64,000 nt of DNA from the human T2T-CHM13v2.0 reference genome, Homo sapiens: the NCBI RefSeq assembly GCF_009914755.1, contig NC_060926.1; one strand, 5' to 3'. The notes under the pieces were generated by a model that did no database searches, was not told the DNA's origin, and saw nothing but the letters and a program-made list of their open reading frames with translations. The translations under genes were made by a program, and so were the position numbers. Below, in pieces: positions 23,719 to 45,510 of this stretch (within the stretch, counting starts at the first letter, position 1; each line of letters opens with the position of its first letter).

Positions 23719-23877
23719 TATATAGTGTCTTATATAAGATATAGCACATGTTATGTAAATAAATGATATTCACACAAAAATATGCATATCCTCCCCTCCA
23801 CCCCATAGTTTTTGGGTTTACCTATCAGCTCTCAGAGTGGAGGACTGAAGGAAGCCCAGAAAGAAAAAATCAATTTA

Positions 23878-24175
<298 letters not shown>

Positions 24176-24611
24176 TTATATTGGAAGATCAAGGAAGGAT
24201 TAGATTGGCGGGGGTGGGGGTGGGGTGGGGAAGGTGGGATCCTAAGAGAAGAAAGCCAAGACTGAGTTCTTTGGGAATTTGGGGGGAGTTTTGGGAGCCC
24301 TGGGAGAGATGAGGACCTCTGCCATGCTCTGACGGGGAGGCACAGTGAGACCAAGGGATGAGTATGTTGATAGTGCTTTTCTCTGGCTCCTACAATTTGC
24401 TGCCCATTTTGAACTTTGCTAAGAGAGTGCAGTGAAGATTCCTATTGCTCATTATTGTTTTCTTGGTTAACTGATTTTGTTTCTTTTTTCTTTTTTTCCT
24501 AGAAAATCATGAAACAAGGAATAAAACTATGATTTTGTACTGAGACCACAAGACAGCACAGTTTTACACAGACTGCACACACCCATCTCTCTGCCACTCT
24601 GTCTAGACTTT

Positions 24612-26034
<1,423 letters not shown>

Positions 26035-26849
26035 CCCACAATTTATTTATGTCACCAATAATGGGCATTTATGTTGTGTCTAATTTTTTGATATTGTAAA
26101 CAATGCTGCAATGAGCATCCTTGAACATATAGACATGTAGATTCTACCAGAAACTACCCTTAAAGAAAAGATTTGTTTTTTTGTGGTGGTTGTCAGTGAA
26201 AGCACTACCCCAGTATCATGTGGCTCTGGAGGTCTCTGTGTCATTAAGTAACCTCAAAACCTGCAGCATATGGTTTTGAGTTATCTTAGTAATTCCCTCT
26301 TCTTTTATAATTGGAATTTGAGTGGAGAAAATTAAACAATACACATGTAATAACATCATTCTTTATCTGTTCCCTACTTAATATGTGATTTCTTTTATTG
26401 GCTGGAAAAAGTACATAGCTGCTGATTTATCTACTTCAAGTAGCAGGACAATATGCTTACCTTAAATAGTCAAATGTAGAAAAGAACAATGGTCCTGAAA
26501 CACAGTCCACGCCGTCACAGGAAGAGGAGAGGCCTGAGACTATGAGGAGAGGGAGAGACCAGTGATCAAAACTGAGCTCTACAACAGTCCTCTCTGTTGG
26601 GGGAATTAAAAAGCAAAGGATTTGAACAAGTAATTCACAGATGGGGTAGTACAAATGGCCAGGAAACTTCTCAAATAACTTGGAAAACGTGAAACCCCAA
26701 GGATAGTGTTAAGAGACCGCTTTAAAGTGAGATTTCTGTTATTCATGTTTAAAATATGAAGTATTCATCAGTCTTCTGGAAGAGACTGACACACAAAAAA
26801 TATAACAAGTAGCTTGTATTGATCTTTCACCAGGAGACTTTCTGAGAAC

Positions 26850-27045
26850 TTTTCACATATTAGCTCATATAATCCACATAGCAACTTTATGAAGTAGACA
26901 GTTAATTATTTCCATTTTGTAGATAAAGAAAACAAGGCGCACAGAGGCATTCCGTGTTTTGTCCAGGGTCATTCAGTCCTTGGCAGAGCTGGCATTTGGG
27001 GTCAGGCAGCTGGGCTCCTGGGCCCGAGCGCTTAAACACTGCCTT
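26850..27045 (-). mobile_element. MIR
   Basis: ATTATTTCCATTTTGTAGATAAAGAAAACAAGGCGCACAGAGG...TTGTCCAGGGTCA is the MIR core. Confidence 0.7.
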
Positions 27046-27046
27046 G

Positions 27047-27065
27047 TGCTACCACCTGGTGGTCA
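27047..27065 (-). promoter_or_regulatory. Candidate CTCF site (reverse orientation)
   Basis: Minus strand TGACCACCAGGTGGTAGCA, close to TGGCCACCAGGTGGCAGCA. Confidence 0.55.
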
Positions 27066-27434
27066 AAAGCGATACACGCAACAATGGAGGTGAGCCCAGG
27101 CCAGCCAGGAGCCGGCTCCCTGGAGGATGTGAACTTGAAGCAGAAATCAGGAAAGACATTCCAGGGAGAGACAGCAGCACTCGCCAAGGCACAAAAACAG
27201 CAGTTACTGCTCCATGCATGAGGAGCAAGAGACAACTGGGAATGATAGCAAGAGGAGTAAAAAATAAAAAGAATTTCTTTTCTTTTTTTTTTTTAAAGAG
27301 CAAAGAATGATGTGTTAGGAGATTGAGTGGAGAGGTCAGCTGGGACCAGATGACGGGAGAGCTCCTAGTAAGGGGATTGGACTTTATTCTGAGGCTGATG
27401 GAAAGCCACTGAAGAGCTTTTAATCGCGGCAGTC

Positions 27435-28119
<685 letters not shown>

Positions 28120-28399
28120 TCAATCATGGCAGTGACCTGGGGAGAGTTACAGTTTGTATAAAGTCCCTAGTGACTGTGAGGAAAATGGATGTGGGGGACA
28201 AGGCCCAGGGAGACCAATGCAGAGCCGCCAGGAAAGAGCCTGCAAGTTCCCAAGTCACCAGGACCCCAGCGGTGACGGAGTGGGGAGAGCACAGGTTCAA
28301 GAAATATTTAGAAGGCAAAGCTGTCAGCACTTGGCGAATGAACGTGATGCGAAATGGACAGAGTGGGAGAAGCAGGCTACAGACACCAGGAAAAAGATC

Positions 28400-29040
28400 G
28401 TTCCAATCACTCTTTGGCTGTTCCGAGCCTTATAGCGGGATCCTCAACCAGGGGCCATTCCGCCCCCCAGGAGACAACCAGCTGTGTCTCGGACAGTTTT
28501 GCTGGTCACAGCAAGCGGCCGGGGTGGCGGTGCTAGAGGACGCTGCTAAACCCCCTTGGTGCACAGGGCAGGCCCCATGGGACGGGAATCCTGGGCTCGG
28601 GGCGCGGCTGCCTGGGTCCCCTCTGGCGGCGCCAGCTCCAGGAGGCAGGAAACGAGGAGGCCCTGGCTCACGGAGTGTGCTTTTACAGAAGCAAGCCCTG
28701 GCGCTCCGGGCAGATGTCCGGGGGTCTCCCGCAGACCCCTTGCCCTCCATGGAATCCCGTTCCTCCCAGGGTTCCCCTCCCCCATTTACCCCTCCAGGCT
28801 CCTGAGCGCTGAAAACTGCATTCTGCGGCCCAGACAAGGTTACCGTCTTACTGCCGGGAAGCCACTAGATACAGTTGCAGGCTAAAGGCAGTGTGATTCC
28901 CCTCAAGCAGGCCTTAGTTTATCGTAGGGCACGGGACGTGCCTCCTTCCCCAGAGTCTCCTTTTCAGGAGCTGCAGGGCCTCTAGGCTTCCCGGACTGCA
29001 GCTTTACCTGCCTGCCCCCAGCAGGATGGTCTTGGGGTCT
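28400..29040. promoter_or_regulatory. GC/CpG-rich non-repeat island (orphan promoter or enhancer candidate)
   Basis: Many retained CpGs, GC-box-like TTCCGCCCCC and GGGGCGCGG, ETS-like CAGGAAAC, CTCF-like CGCCAGAGGGGACC on the minus strand (about 28615-28633). Confidence 0.55.
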
Positions 29041-29184
29041 ATACCTGAGCCGAGATCTCGCCACTGCACTCCAGCCTGGGTGACAGAGTGAGACATCGTC
29101 AGAAAGAAAAAAAAAGGTCATCCATGAGAAGAATCGGTATTGCTGGATTCTGTTGATGTTTTTTATTTGCTTCTGATTATCTAT

Positions 29185-29475
29185 GTTGGTTAAAGGTAAA
29201 CACAAAATTTCATTTAGACAGGAGGACTAAATTCGCGCAGTCTATTGCATATCATAGTGACAAGAGTTAATCACAATATATTGTATACTTGAAAATTGCT
29301 GAGTAGATTTCAAGTGTCCTCAACACAAAAATGATAAGTATGCTAGGTAATGTTATATGTTTAATAGCTGATTTAGGCATTTCACAATGTATGCATATAG
29401 CAAAACATGTTATACACCATAAATACATACAATTTTTACTTGTCAATTAAAAATAAATAAAACAATAAATAAAAG
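29185..29475 (+). mobile_element. L1MA 3' end
   Basis: ATATTGTATACTTGAAAATTGCTGAG...AAATGATAAGTATG...TGTCAATTAAAAATAAATAA. Confidence 0.8.
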
Positions 29476-29549
29476 AGTATATAAAAATTGTTGGAAATTG
29501 CTCATATGAGATTTGTTGTTGATCAATAACATTATTATACTCTAAACTC

Positions 29550-29851
<302 letters not shown>

Positions 29852-30084
29852 TAGGCTCATTTTATTAATGTGAAAATTCTTTAGGCCCCAGAAGCATATA
29901 TTCTGGATAGAGTGCAAACAGATTCTGAGTGAGGCTTCTGGGGCCAAATTGGAGGGGAGGGGCTTGCCCTGTGCTCTGTACCCACTCTGACGCTTTCGAC
30001 TTGTCAAAAGTTTGTCTTCATTCTTTTATCTTTAAATGAAAACACACTGGGGCTCACCATGTGGAAATTAATCGCATTTACCAG

Positions 30085-30882
<798 letters not shown>

Positions 30883-31120
30883 GCACATTCTCCTTTAACA
30901 CAAATTAGATGACTCAGAGGATTGCGTTTAGTCTGGGGCAAAACCTCATAGAATCAGAAAATATTTGCAAAATATAAAGCTGATATAACTTCCCTCAAAG
31001 CAAATGTTTTGGCTGTGGGAAGGGTTATTTGGTCAAAGAAAATGATTCCTTTATAATTATTGAGGAATTCAACCCGTTAGCCAATAAAACATTTGTTTGC
31101 TAAAAATACGTTTTATTTGA

Positions 31121-31920
<800 letters not shown>

Positions 31921-32251
31921 TCATGAATCGATTGAGCTTTGGGCTGCGTCAAAGTTCTGTTTTGCCTACAACAGTTCCACGGGGAACACGATTCTGCTGA
32001 AGAAAAAGACTGCTGGGTTCTGGAGGAGTATTTTACCTCCTCCTTGCTGGAAACAGTTAATGCCCTGGAGAATGTGGTCGATGGCCTCATGCAGGCGGAG
32101 GCATGTTTTAAAATGGGTAAATCTAGTTTTCTTCAGCAGTGGCATGAATCGTAGGAGATCTGCTCAAATGCTAACCAGCTAACTTCTCTGAGGCCAAATA
32201 CTTGCTGTCTTCAGCCTCTGGTTCTTCATTATGAAGTGAAGGATTTTGTCA

Positions 32252-32819
<568 letters not shown>

Positions 32820-33042
32820 TATTGAGACCCTTCTCTAGGCAGTTTTCTCCTTGAGATCTCCAGAATCACAATAACACTCAAAGTGCAAAGCAAACAAACA
32901 AAACCAGAACACAAAGGAAGAGAGGGAATTTGAAACTGCAGGAGTCATATTTACTTGCTCCTTGTTCCATGTGACAAAGGGGCCAGGTCATATTGTGTGA
33001 TGAAGTTTGTACTTATCAGTCACCTGGCCAAGTCGTGTAAAC

Positions 33043-33574
33043 CAGGGGTCCCCAATCCCCGGGCTGTGGAACAGTACCAGTCTGTGGCCTGCTGGGAACC
33101 AGGCCACACAGCAGGAGGTGAGCAGCAGTTGAGTGAGTGAAGCTTCATCTGTATTTACCACAACTCCCTATTGCTCACATTACCGCCTGAGCTCTGCCTC
33201 TTGTCAGATCAGCTGCAGCATTAGAGTCTCATAAGAGCACAAACCCTATTGTGAACTGCTCATGTAAGGATCTGGGTTGCGCGCTCCTTATGAGAATCTA
33301 ATGCCCAGTGATCTGTCACTGTCTCCCATCACCCCCAGGTGAAACTATCTAATTGCAGAAAAACAAGCTGAGGGCTTCCAGTGATTCTACAATATGGTGA
33401 GTTGTATAATTATTTCATTATATTACAATGTAATAATAACAGAAATAAAGTTCATAATAAATGTAATGCACTTGAGTCATCCTGAAATCATCCCCCACTG
33501 AACCCTCACTGGTCCGTGGAAAAATCATCTTCCAAAAAACCAGTCCCTGGTGCCAAAAAGGTTGAGGACTGCTG
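33043..33574 (+). mobile_element. MER1A hAT-Charlie DNA transposon, full length
   Basis: TIRs CAGGGGTCCCCAA / TTGAGGACTGCTG; perfect 8-bp TSD GTGTAAAC (33035-33042, 33575-33582); about 530 bp. Confidence 0.9.
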
Positions 33575-33719
33575 GTGTAAACCACACAATTCTCCCCACT
33601 GGCCAAACGTGGAACCATCTTTCACTTACCACAGGCCATAATGAATGTGTATACAGTGTATGCTGGGATTGCTTTGTGCCTTAGGCTGTCACTCAGTGTG
33701 CTAAGTGGGGCTCTACTAG

Positions 33720-34274
<555 letters not shown>

Positions 34275-34699
34275 TAAGTGTTAAGATTATGAAATATTTA
34301 CTCTCTGCATACTTAGTTCACCTATAATACTAAAGATACAGGGAGAGAAGTGTTGCTAAGGGGAAGAAGATCTTGGGTTCTAATATAAATGCAATCTTGC
34401 TTTGAAAGCTTGGCTCCTTCTTTCTCTGTACCAAATAGGACAAAATAAACAGCTTATAACATAATAAGTGAAGAGTTAATTTTTCAGTGACAGATAACTA
34501 TTATCTCCAGTTTCTCCTTTGGCCATCTTCTTGTATTTATGAATGCCTCTTCTTTGAAAATAATAGTGAATTACTATACCATTTTTCCATATTCTAACAT
34601 TTTGCCTTTTTCATCCAAAGCGATATAAGCAAAATAGAGTTTGTGGGTTACATGAAGATCGTGAGAAGACCTGGATTGGGGTCCTGATTCTCCACGCAC

Positions 34700-35284
34700 T
34701 GAGGTATTGCTCCTCACAAGAGGGCATTAGCTACGGGGGTCTGCCCACAGACCCTGACCCAAACGACGGATGGATAAAATGTACACTGACACACAGATAT
34801 TCTGTTTTGCCAGTCCTGCTGAGTGTCTGAACCCCTACACACCAAGAGAGGTTTGTCACTCCGGCCGGTCCGGAGCAGCTCGCCCTCCAGGCATTTGTTT
34901 ACTATACAATTAACAACAGAAGCTCTGAGTCTTGTGGATGATTAACATGGTTAAGAGAGTAGTTCTACAAATGATTAAAGCTCAGGTACCGCGTTTTAAA
35001 GTAAATACCATTAGGGGGCAGTATTTCTGGTCCACCTCCCCGCGAGAGGGCCATCTGGCTCAACAGTTGGTTAACGGAGGTAGGGTAAACAGACTTATTG
35101 GGGAAGCCTCTACTGTCCCTAGTATTCTAATTCTCTAAGGTAAGAACTGGCTGCCTTCAGCCTCTTCAATTATTACAAGCTATGTAACCTTTCGGCCTTC
35201 CAAAGAGGTTTGTGACTATTCCCTATAACTTTCCGTAATATTTCCTTTTAATATTTCTGCCACCATCCTGAGTGAATCCCAACA
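34700..35284 (-). mobile_element. LTR22-family (HML-5) solo LTR inserted into a MIR
   Basis: Minus strand begins TGTTGGGATTCACTCAGGATGGTGGCAGAAATATTAAA and ends ...AATACCTCA; 6-bp TSD ACGCAC/ACTCAC. Confidence 0.8.
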
Positions 35285-36324
35285 ACTCACTAGATAACTC
35301 ACCCTGGAAAAGTCATTCAACAAATCTGCGGCCCCATTTCATCATCTGATACTCAAATGGTTGTGGAGATGGCCTCTGCAGTTTCTATTAAAATATCACC
35401 AAATTCTAAGTAGGTCATTTTTTTTGTAGTAGACTTTTCTACATTTAAATTGCTGGTAGGAAGACTCTTTCAAATCTAGGTAAGCCAGTTTTAAAACAGA
35501 CAAAGAATACAGAAGAGGAAATGACAACGAGTTTGCTGTTTTCCATTTCTTAATTTTAAAAACCAAAGTCCTGGTATTATCTATCAGAATTTCCGTTAAT
35601 CATGAAAAGCACACTGGGCCTCTCATCTTCGTCTCTCATTGATTGACAACCTTTCATTTTGATTCCACCCAGCATTACAGGAGTTTTCTAATGGTCTGGC
35701 AAAGCTGTGTGAATGCCATCAATACTGATTTCCAGGAAATCTTGATGTTAACATTTTATCTTTAGTGTTGCGGTGTTTTGCCTGCTCTGATATGAACTGG
35801 AAAATATTCTCACCCACATTTTGAAAACTGGTGTGAAAAGTGATGCTAACAGTAAAGGTCTTTCTTTTAATGAAAAGACAAATGCTGACATTTACACATT
35901 TGGCTTCAACTTTTCATTCCTCTCTATGTGCTGACAGGTGCAGTCTCAATCCACATGATTCATTTTCTGCTTGTTGTTCTTTACTTTGTATCACTTCAAA
36001 TGAGCCATTTGCTTAAAAATAAAAAGGTACAAGAATATGTCACTATAAGTTCATGGTTTCTGCCTGTAGGTTTTAGGTTGCCAGGGGGTGGTTTGACCTT
36101 TAAGATAAGTCTGGTAAAATGCAGATGGGATTATATAATGTTTACAGTAGCATATAATTGAAGTTGTAAGGGGTGTGTGTGTGTGAGAGTGTGTGTGTGT
36201 GTAAGCGGTAGAGTTAGAAGTGAGTAGAAGTCACCCCCGGAAACAGATCCTGACTCCAAGGAAAACTAAAGCCCATAGTCCCACAGTGTCTCAATTTTCT
36301 CTGGATGTTTAAAGAGAAGAATAA

Positions 36325-37246
<922 letters not shown>

Positions 37247-37249
37247 TCA

Positions 37250-37600
37250 ATTTTCAATTTTGCTCTTTTATTGTGGAATAATTTTGGGTGTACAGGAAAG
37301 TTACAAAGATAGTAGGGAGAATTCTCGTGTGCCCTTCACCTGGCTACCTCCACTGTGGGCAACTTACATAGCCAAGTTGCATTGATGAAAACAGAGAATC
37401 ACATTGGCACATTCATGTTAACTAAACTCCTGACCTTATTTGGGTTTCACTAGTTTTCCACTAATATGTTTTCTCGGTTTGAGGATCCTTCCAAGAGACC
37501 ACATTACATTTAGTTATCAGGTGTCTTCAGTGCTCCTTGGACTGTGATAGTGACTCAGTTTTTCCTTGGTTTTAATGAACTTGATATTTTTGAGGAGTCA
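37250..37600 (-). mobile_element. L1MC/ME 3' fragment
   Basis: AGGAAAGTTACAAAGATAGTA...CCCTTCACC...ACATTACATTTAGTTATCA. Confidence 0.6.
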
Positions 37601-37724
37601 AATATTTTTAATTGTTTACATTTTATTAATTATTACTTTTACGAAAAGTGGATTTTCTTTCTTTCTTTCTTTCTCTCTCTCTTTCTTTCTTCTCTGTCTC
37701 TCTTTCTTTCTTTCTTTCTTGGCC

Positions 37725-38079
37725 TGTCTTAGTCTGTTCCTGCTGCCATAGAAAAATACCACAGATGGAGTAATTCATAAATGATAAAAGTTTATTTCTT
37801 CATCCATCTCCAAAAGCTAGGAAGTCTGAAGCCAAGGTGCTGGCAGATTCACTGCTCTCTCTGCTTCCTTGTTGCTGTGCTCTCCAGAGTGGATGAATGC
37901 TGTGTCCTCAATTGGTAGAAGGCACGGGATGACCAGCCAGCTCTCTGAAGTCTCTTTATAAAGGCATTAATCCCATTCACAAGGATGGAGTCCTCACGCC
38001 TAATCATCTCCCACCATCACTTTGGGATTTAAGTTCCAACATGAATTTTTGGATGGACGCATACATTAAAAACTTAGCA
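37725..38079 (-). mobile_element. MST-family MaLR LTR
   Basis: TGTCTTAGTCTGTT...GCTGCCATAGAAAAATACCACAGA...GCATTAATCCCATTCA...CAACATGAATTTT...TAGCA. Confidence 0.75.
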
Positions 38080-38254
38080 GCCACCAATCCACCATCCTGG
38101 AGGCTCCAAGAGCTTCTCATGTGATTCCCTCACGACTGCTGTGCACCTGCCAAATTCAGGATCTGCTCACCTGTAGCTGCACGGCCCAGGGAGGAAGGGA
38201 GGATCTATTCCTCTCTGCCCTCTTCCTAATTCCTTGGCTGTCCATTCTTTCCTT

Positions 38255-38444
38255 CCACCTTCTTTCTTTCCTTCCTTCCTTCCTTCCTTCCTTCCCTCCC
38301 TCCTTCCCTCCCTCCTTCCTTCCTTCTCTCCCTCCTTCCCTCCCTCCTTCCTTCCTTCTTTTCTCTTCCCTCCCTCCCTGTCTTCCTTCCTCCCTTCCTT
38401 CTTTCCCTCTCTCCCTCCCTCCCCTCCCTCTCTCTCTTTTCCTT

Positions 38445-38445
<1 letters not shown>
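38255..38445. repeat. (CCTT/CCCT)n polypyrimidine microsatellite
   Basis: Direct observation; adjoins the SNRPG retrocopy 3' end. Confidence 0.9.
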
Positions 38446-39183
<738 letters not shown>

Positions 39184-39189
39184 GGATCT

Positions 39190-42236
<3,047 letters not shown>

Positions 42237-42984
42237 CTGTGATCAAATATGTTTGGGAAATGACTTATGGCCCCTTTTTGGAGATATCAAAATTCATCTG
42301 AGTATACAAATGCCTTGGCAAAAACATCAGTAAAGTATCTGGTGAGCTTTGCTTAGCCTAGCGCACCCAAGCTACCCCTCACCCTCCCCAGCGAGCATGG
42401 TGGTCCGCGGAAGAGTGGGAAATGCCTCCTTCCAGACAATGTGCTAGGACTCTGCCCCCTTGCCACTGGTCCAACCCGACCATGCATCCAGCTGTGAGTG
42501 ATTTCTGGGCTTCTGCCCTATTGCTGGGGCCAAGGCCAGGTCTCAGTTCTGGAGACGGCCGTGCCTTATTCTCCGTCACTTTGCTCTCACCCCAGGGACC
42601 GCAGCCTGTCCTGAAAACTGGGCACAGTGATGGGGCTCTGTTATTTTCTGTTCATTTCTCTGTTGTTCTCTGCATCCCTACCCACTTTGTTGAATAGGTC
42701 TCTTCATAGATTGCTTGTCATCTCTGGGGACACTCCAGTTTCTTAACTCTTGAGCATCGTGACATCCTGTTCTTCTGCCTGGATGATCCACAGCTGAACT
42801 CATACGGCTCCCACCTTCTGTAGCTGCTGTCCACTCCATTCCTGTCTCACCTCAGGTCTTGATGCAGTCCCCAGTCTTCCTTGTCCCATGGTTGTCTACT
42901 GAGGCCAAGGTGCTGTGTGAGAAACACAGCAGTGCCACTCAGGAATGTCTTGCACAAGGTGGATGTCCAAGACTCTGCTGCTGA

Positions 42985-44459
<1,475 letters not shown>

Positions 44460-45190
44460 TGTCCACTCAGCTTTAATCCTAGCATCGAGACCTTTTCTGT
44501 TATCTCATTTTTTGTCCCCTATTTCACTTTCCCAGATCCATATAACACCAGTGAGAAATAACCCCAAATACCTAGGGAGAAGTGTGATCTCACTGTGTTC
44601 ACTTTTTCCCGAACATGAGCTCCACGATTGTTTCCAAACAGTAAAAGCAGTTTCTCCTTTTTATCTCTTCTGGTAAAGCTGCAGTTGGGAAGCAGAGAGG
44701 TTTGGCAGAGTTGATGGGACCTTTGGGGTGGTTTGTTTCCTATTGGAAAGAAAATGAGGGTAGGAAGCTGCTGAACAAAGAGTCTCTGCCTTGCCTTTGC
44801 AGGGCTGCTGACCCTCATAATGGGCAGAAGCTACTGCCAGCCTGCTGCATAGAGCTGTCTTTGCAGATTTAATACTTTAGTGAGGGGCTAGGGGCCTACT
44901 GCTGAGCCCAGGATATAGTCAGTTACTAAACCTTGCGTCATGAAGCCAGCTGGCAAATCTTTAGTTTTGTTCTGGTTAGATGTGACCATGACTTTGGTTT
45001 TTATTTACTTCTCTCTTTTGTATAACTATAAATATTTTTAGACTGGGTGCTACACAGTTAAGTCTGTATATATGATTTGCATTATCCAGTTTAGGCCCAA
45101 AGTCAGGAAAATTGCTGCCATGCAAGATGAGTTGACATGTTCCTGTTTTTGTGGCTAAGAAGCTTTGGTATATAGAATTAGAAAAATGCT

Positions 45191-45510
45191 CTCAATAGCA
45201 AAGACTTGGAACCAACCCAAATGTCCATCAATGATAGACTGGATTAAGAAAATGTGGCACATATATACCATGGAATACTATGCAGCTATAAAAAAGGATG
45301 AGTTCATGTCCTTTGCAGGGACATGGATGAAGCTGGAAACCATCATTCTCAGCAAACTATCACAAGGGCAGAAAACCAAACACCGCATGTTCTCACTCAT
45401 AGGTGGGAATTGAACAATGAGATCATTTGGACACAGGGCAGGGAACATTGATCACTGGGGCCTGTTGGGGGGTGGGGGGCTGGGGGAGGGATAGCATTAA
45501 AAAAAAAAAA
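45191..45510 (+). mobile_element. L1PA fragment: ORF2 C-terminus plus partial 3' UTR, poly(A), TSD
   Basis: Encodes IAKTWNQPKCPSMIDWIKKMWHIYTMEYYAAIKKDEFMSFAGTWMKLETIILSKLSQGQKTKHRMFSLIGGN*; TSD AGAAAAATGCT. Confidence 0.95.

Noticed and set aside
24210-24230. G-quadruplex-forming GGGGGTGGGGGTGGGGTGGGG
   Set aside because: Real motif but common, with no linked feature.
28170-28885. 211-aa and other ORFs over the GC-rich island
   Set aside because: Expected from stop-codon scarcity at high GC; starts in an L2-like remnant; no recognisable domain.
31939-32154. Protein-like 71-aa ORF
   Set aside because: Non-ATG start, no recognisable homology and no convincing splice context.
45165-45413. 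82-aa ORF
   Set aside because: L1 ORF2p C-terminus within a truncated element.
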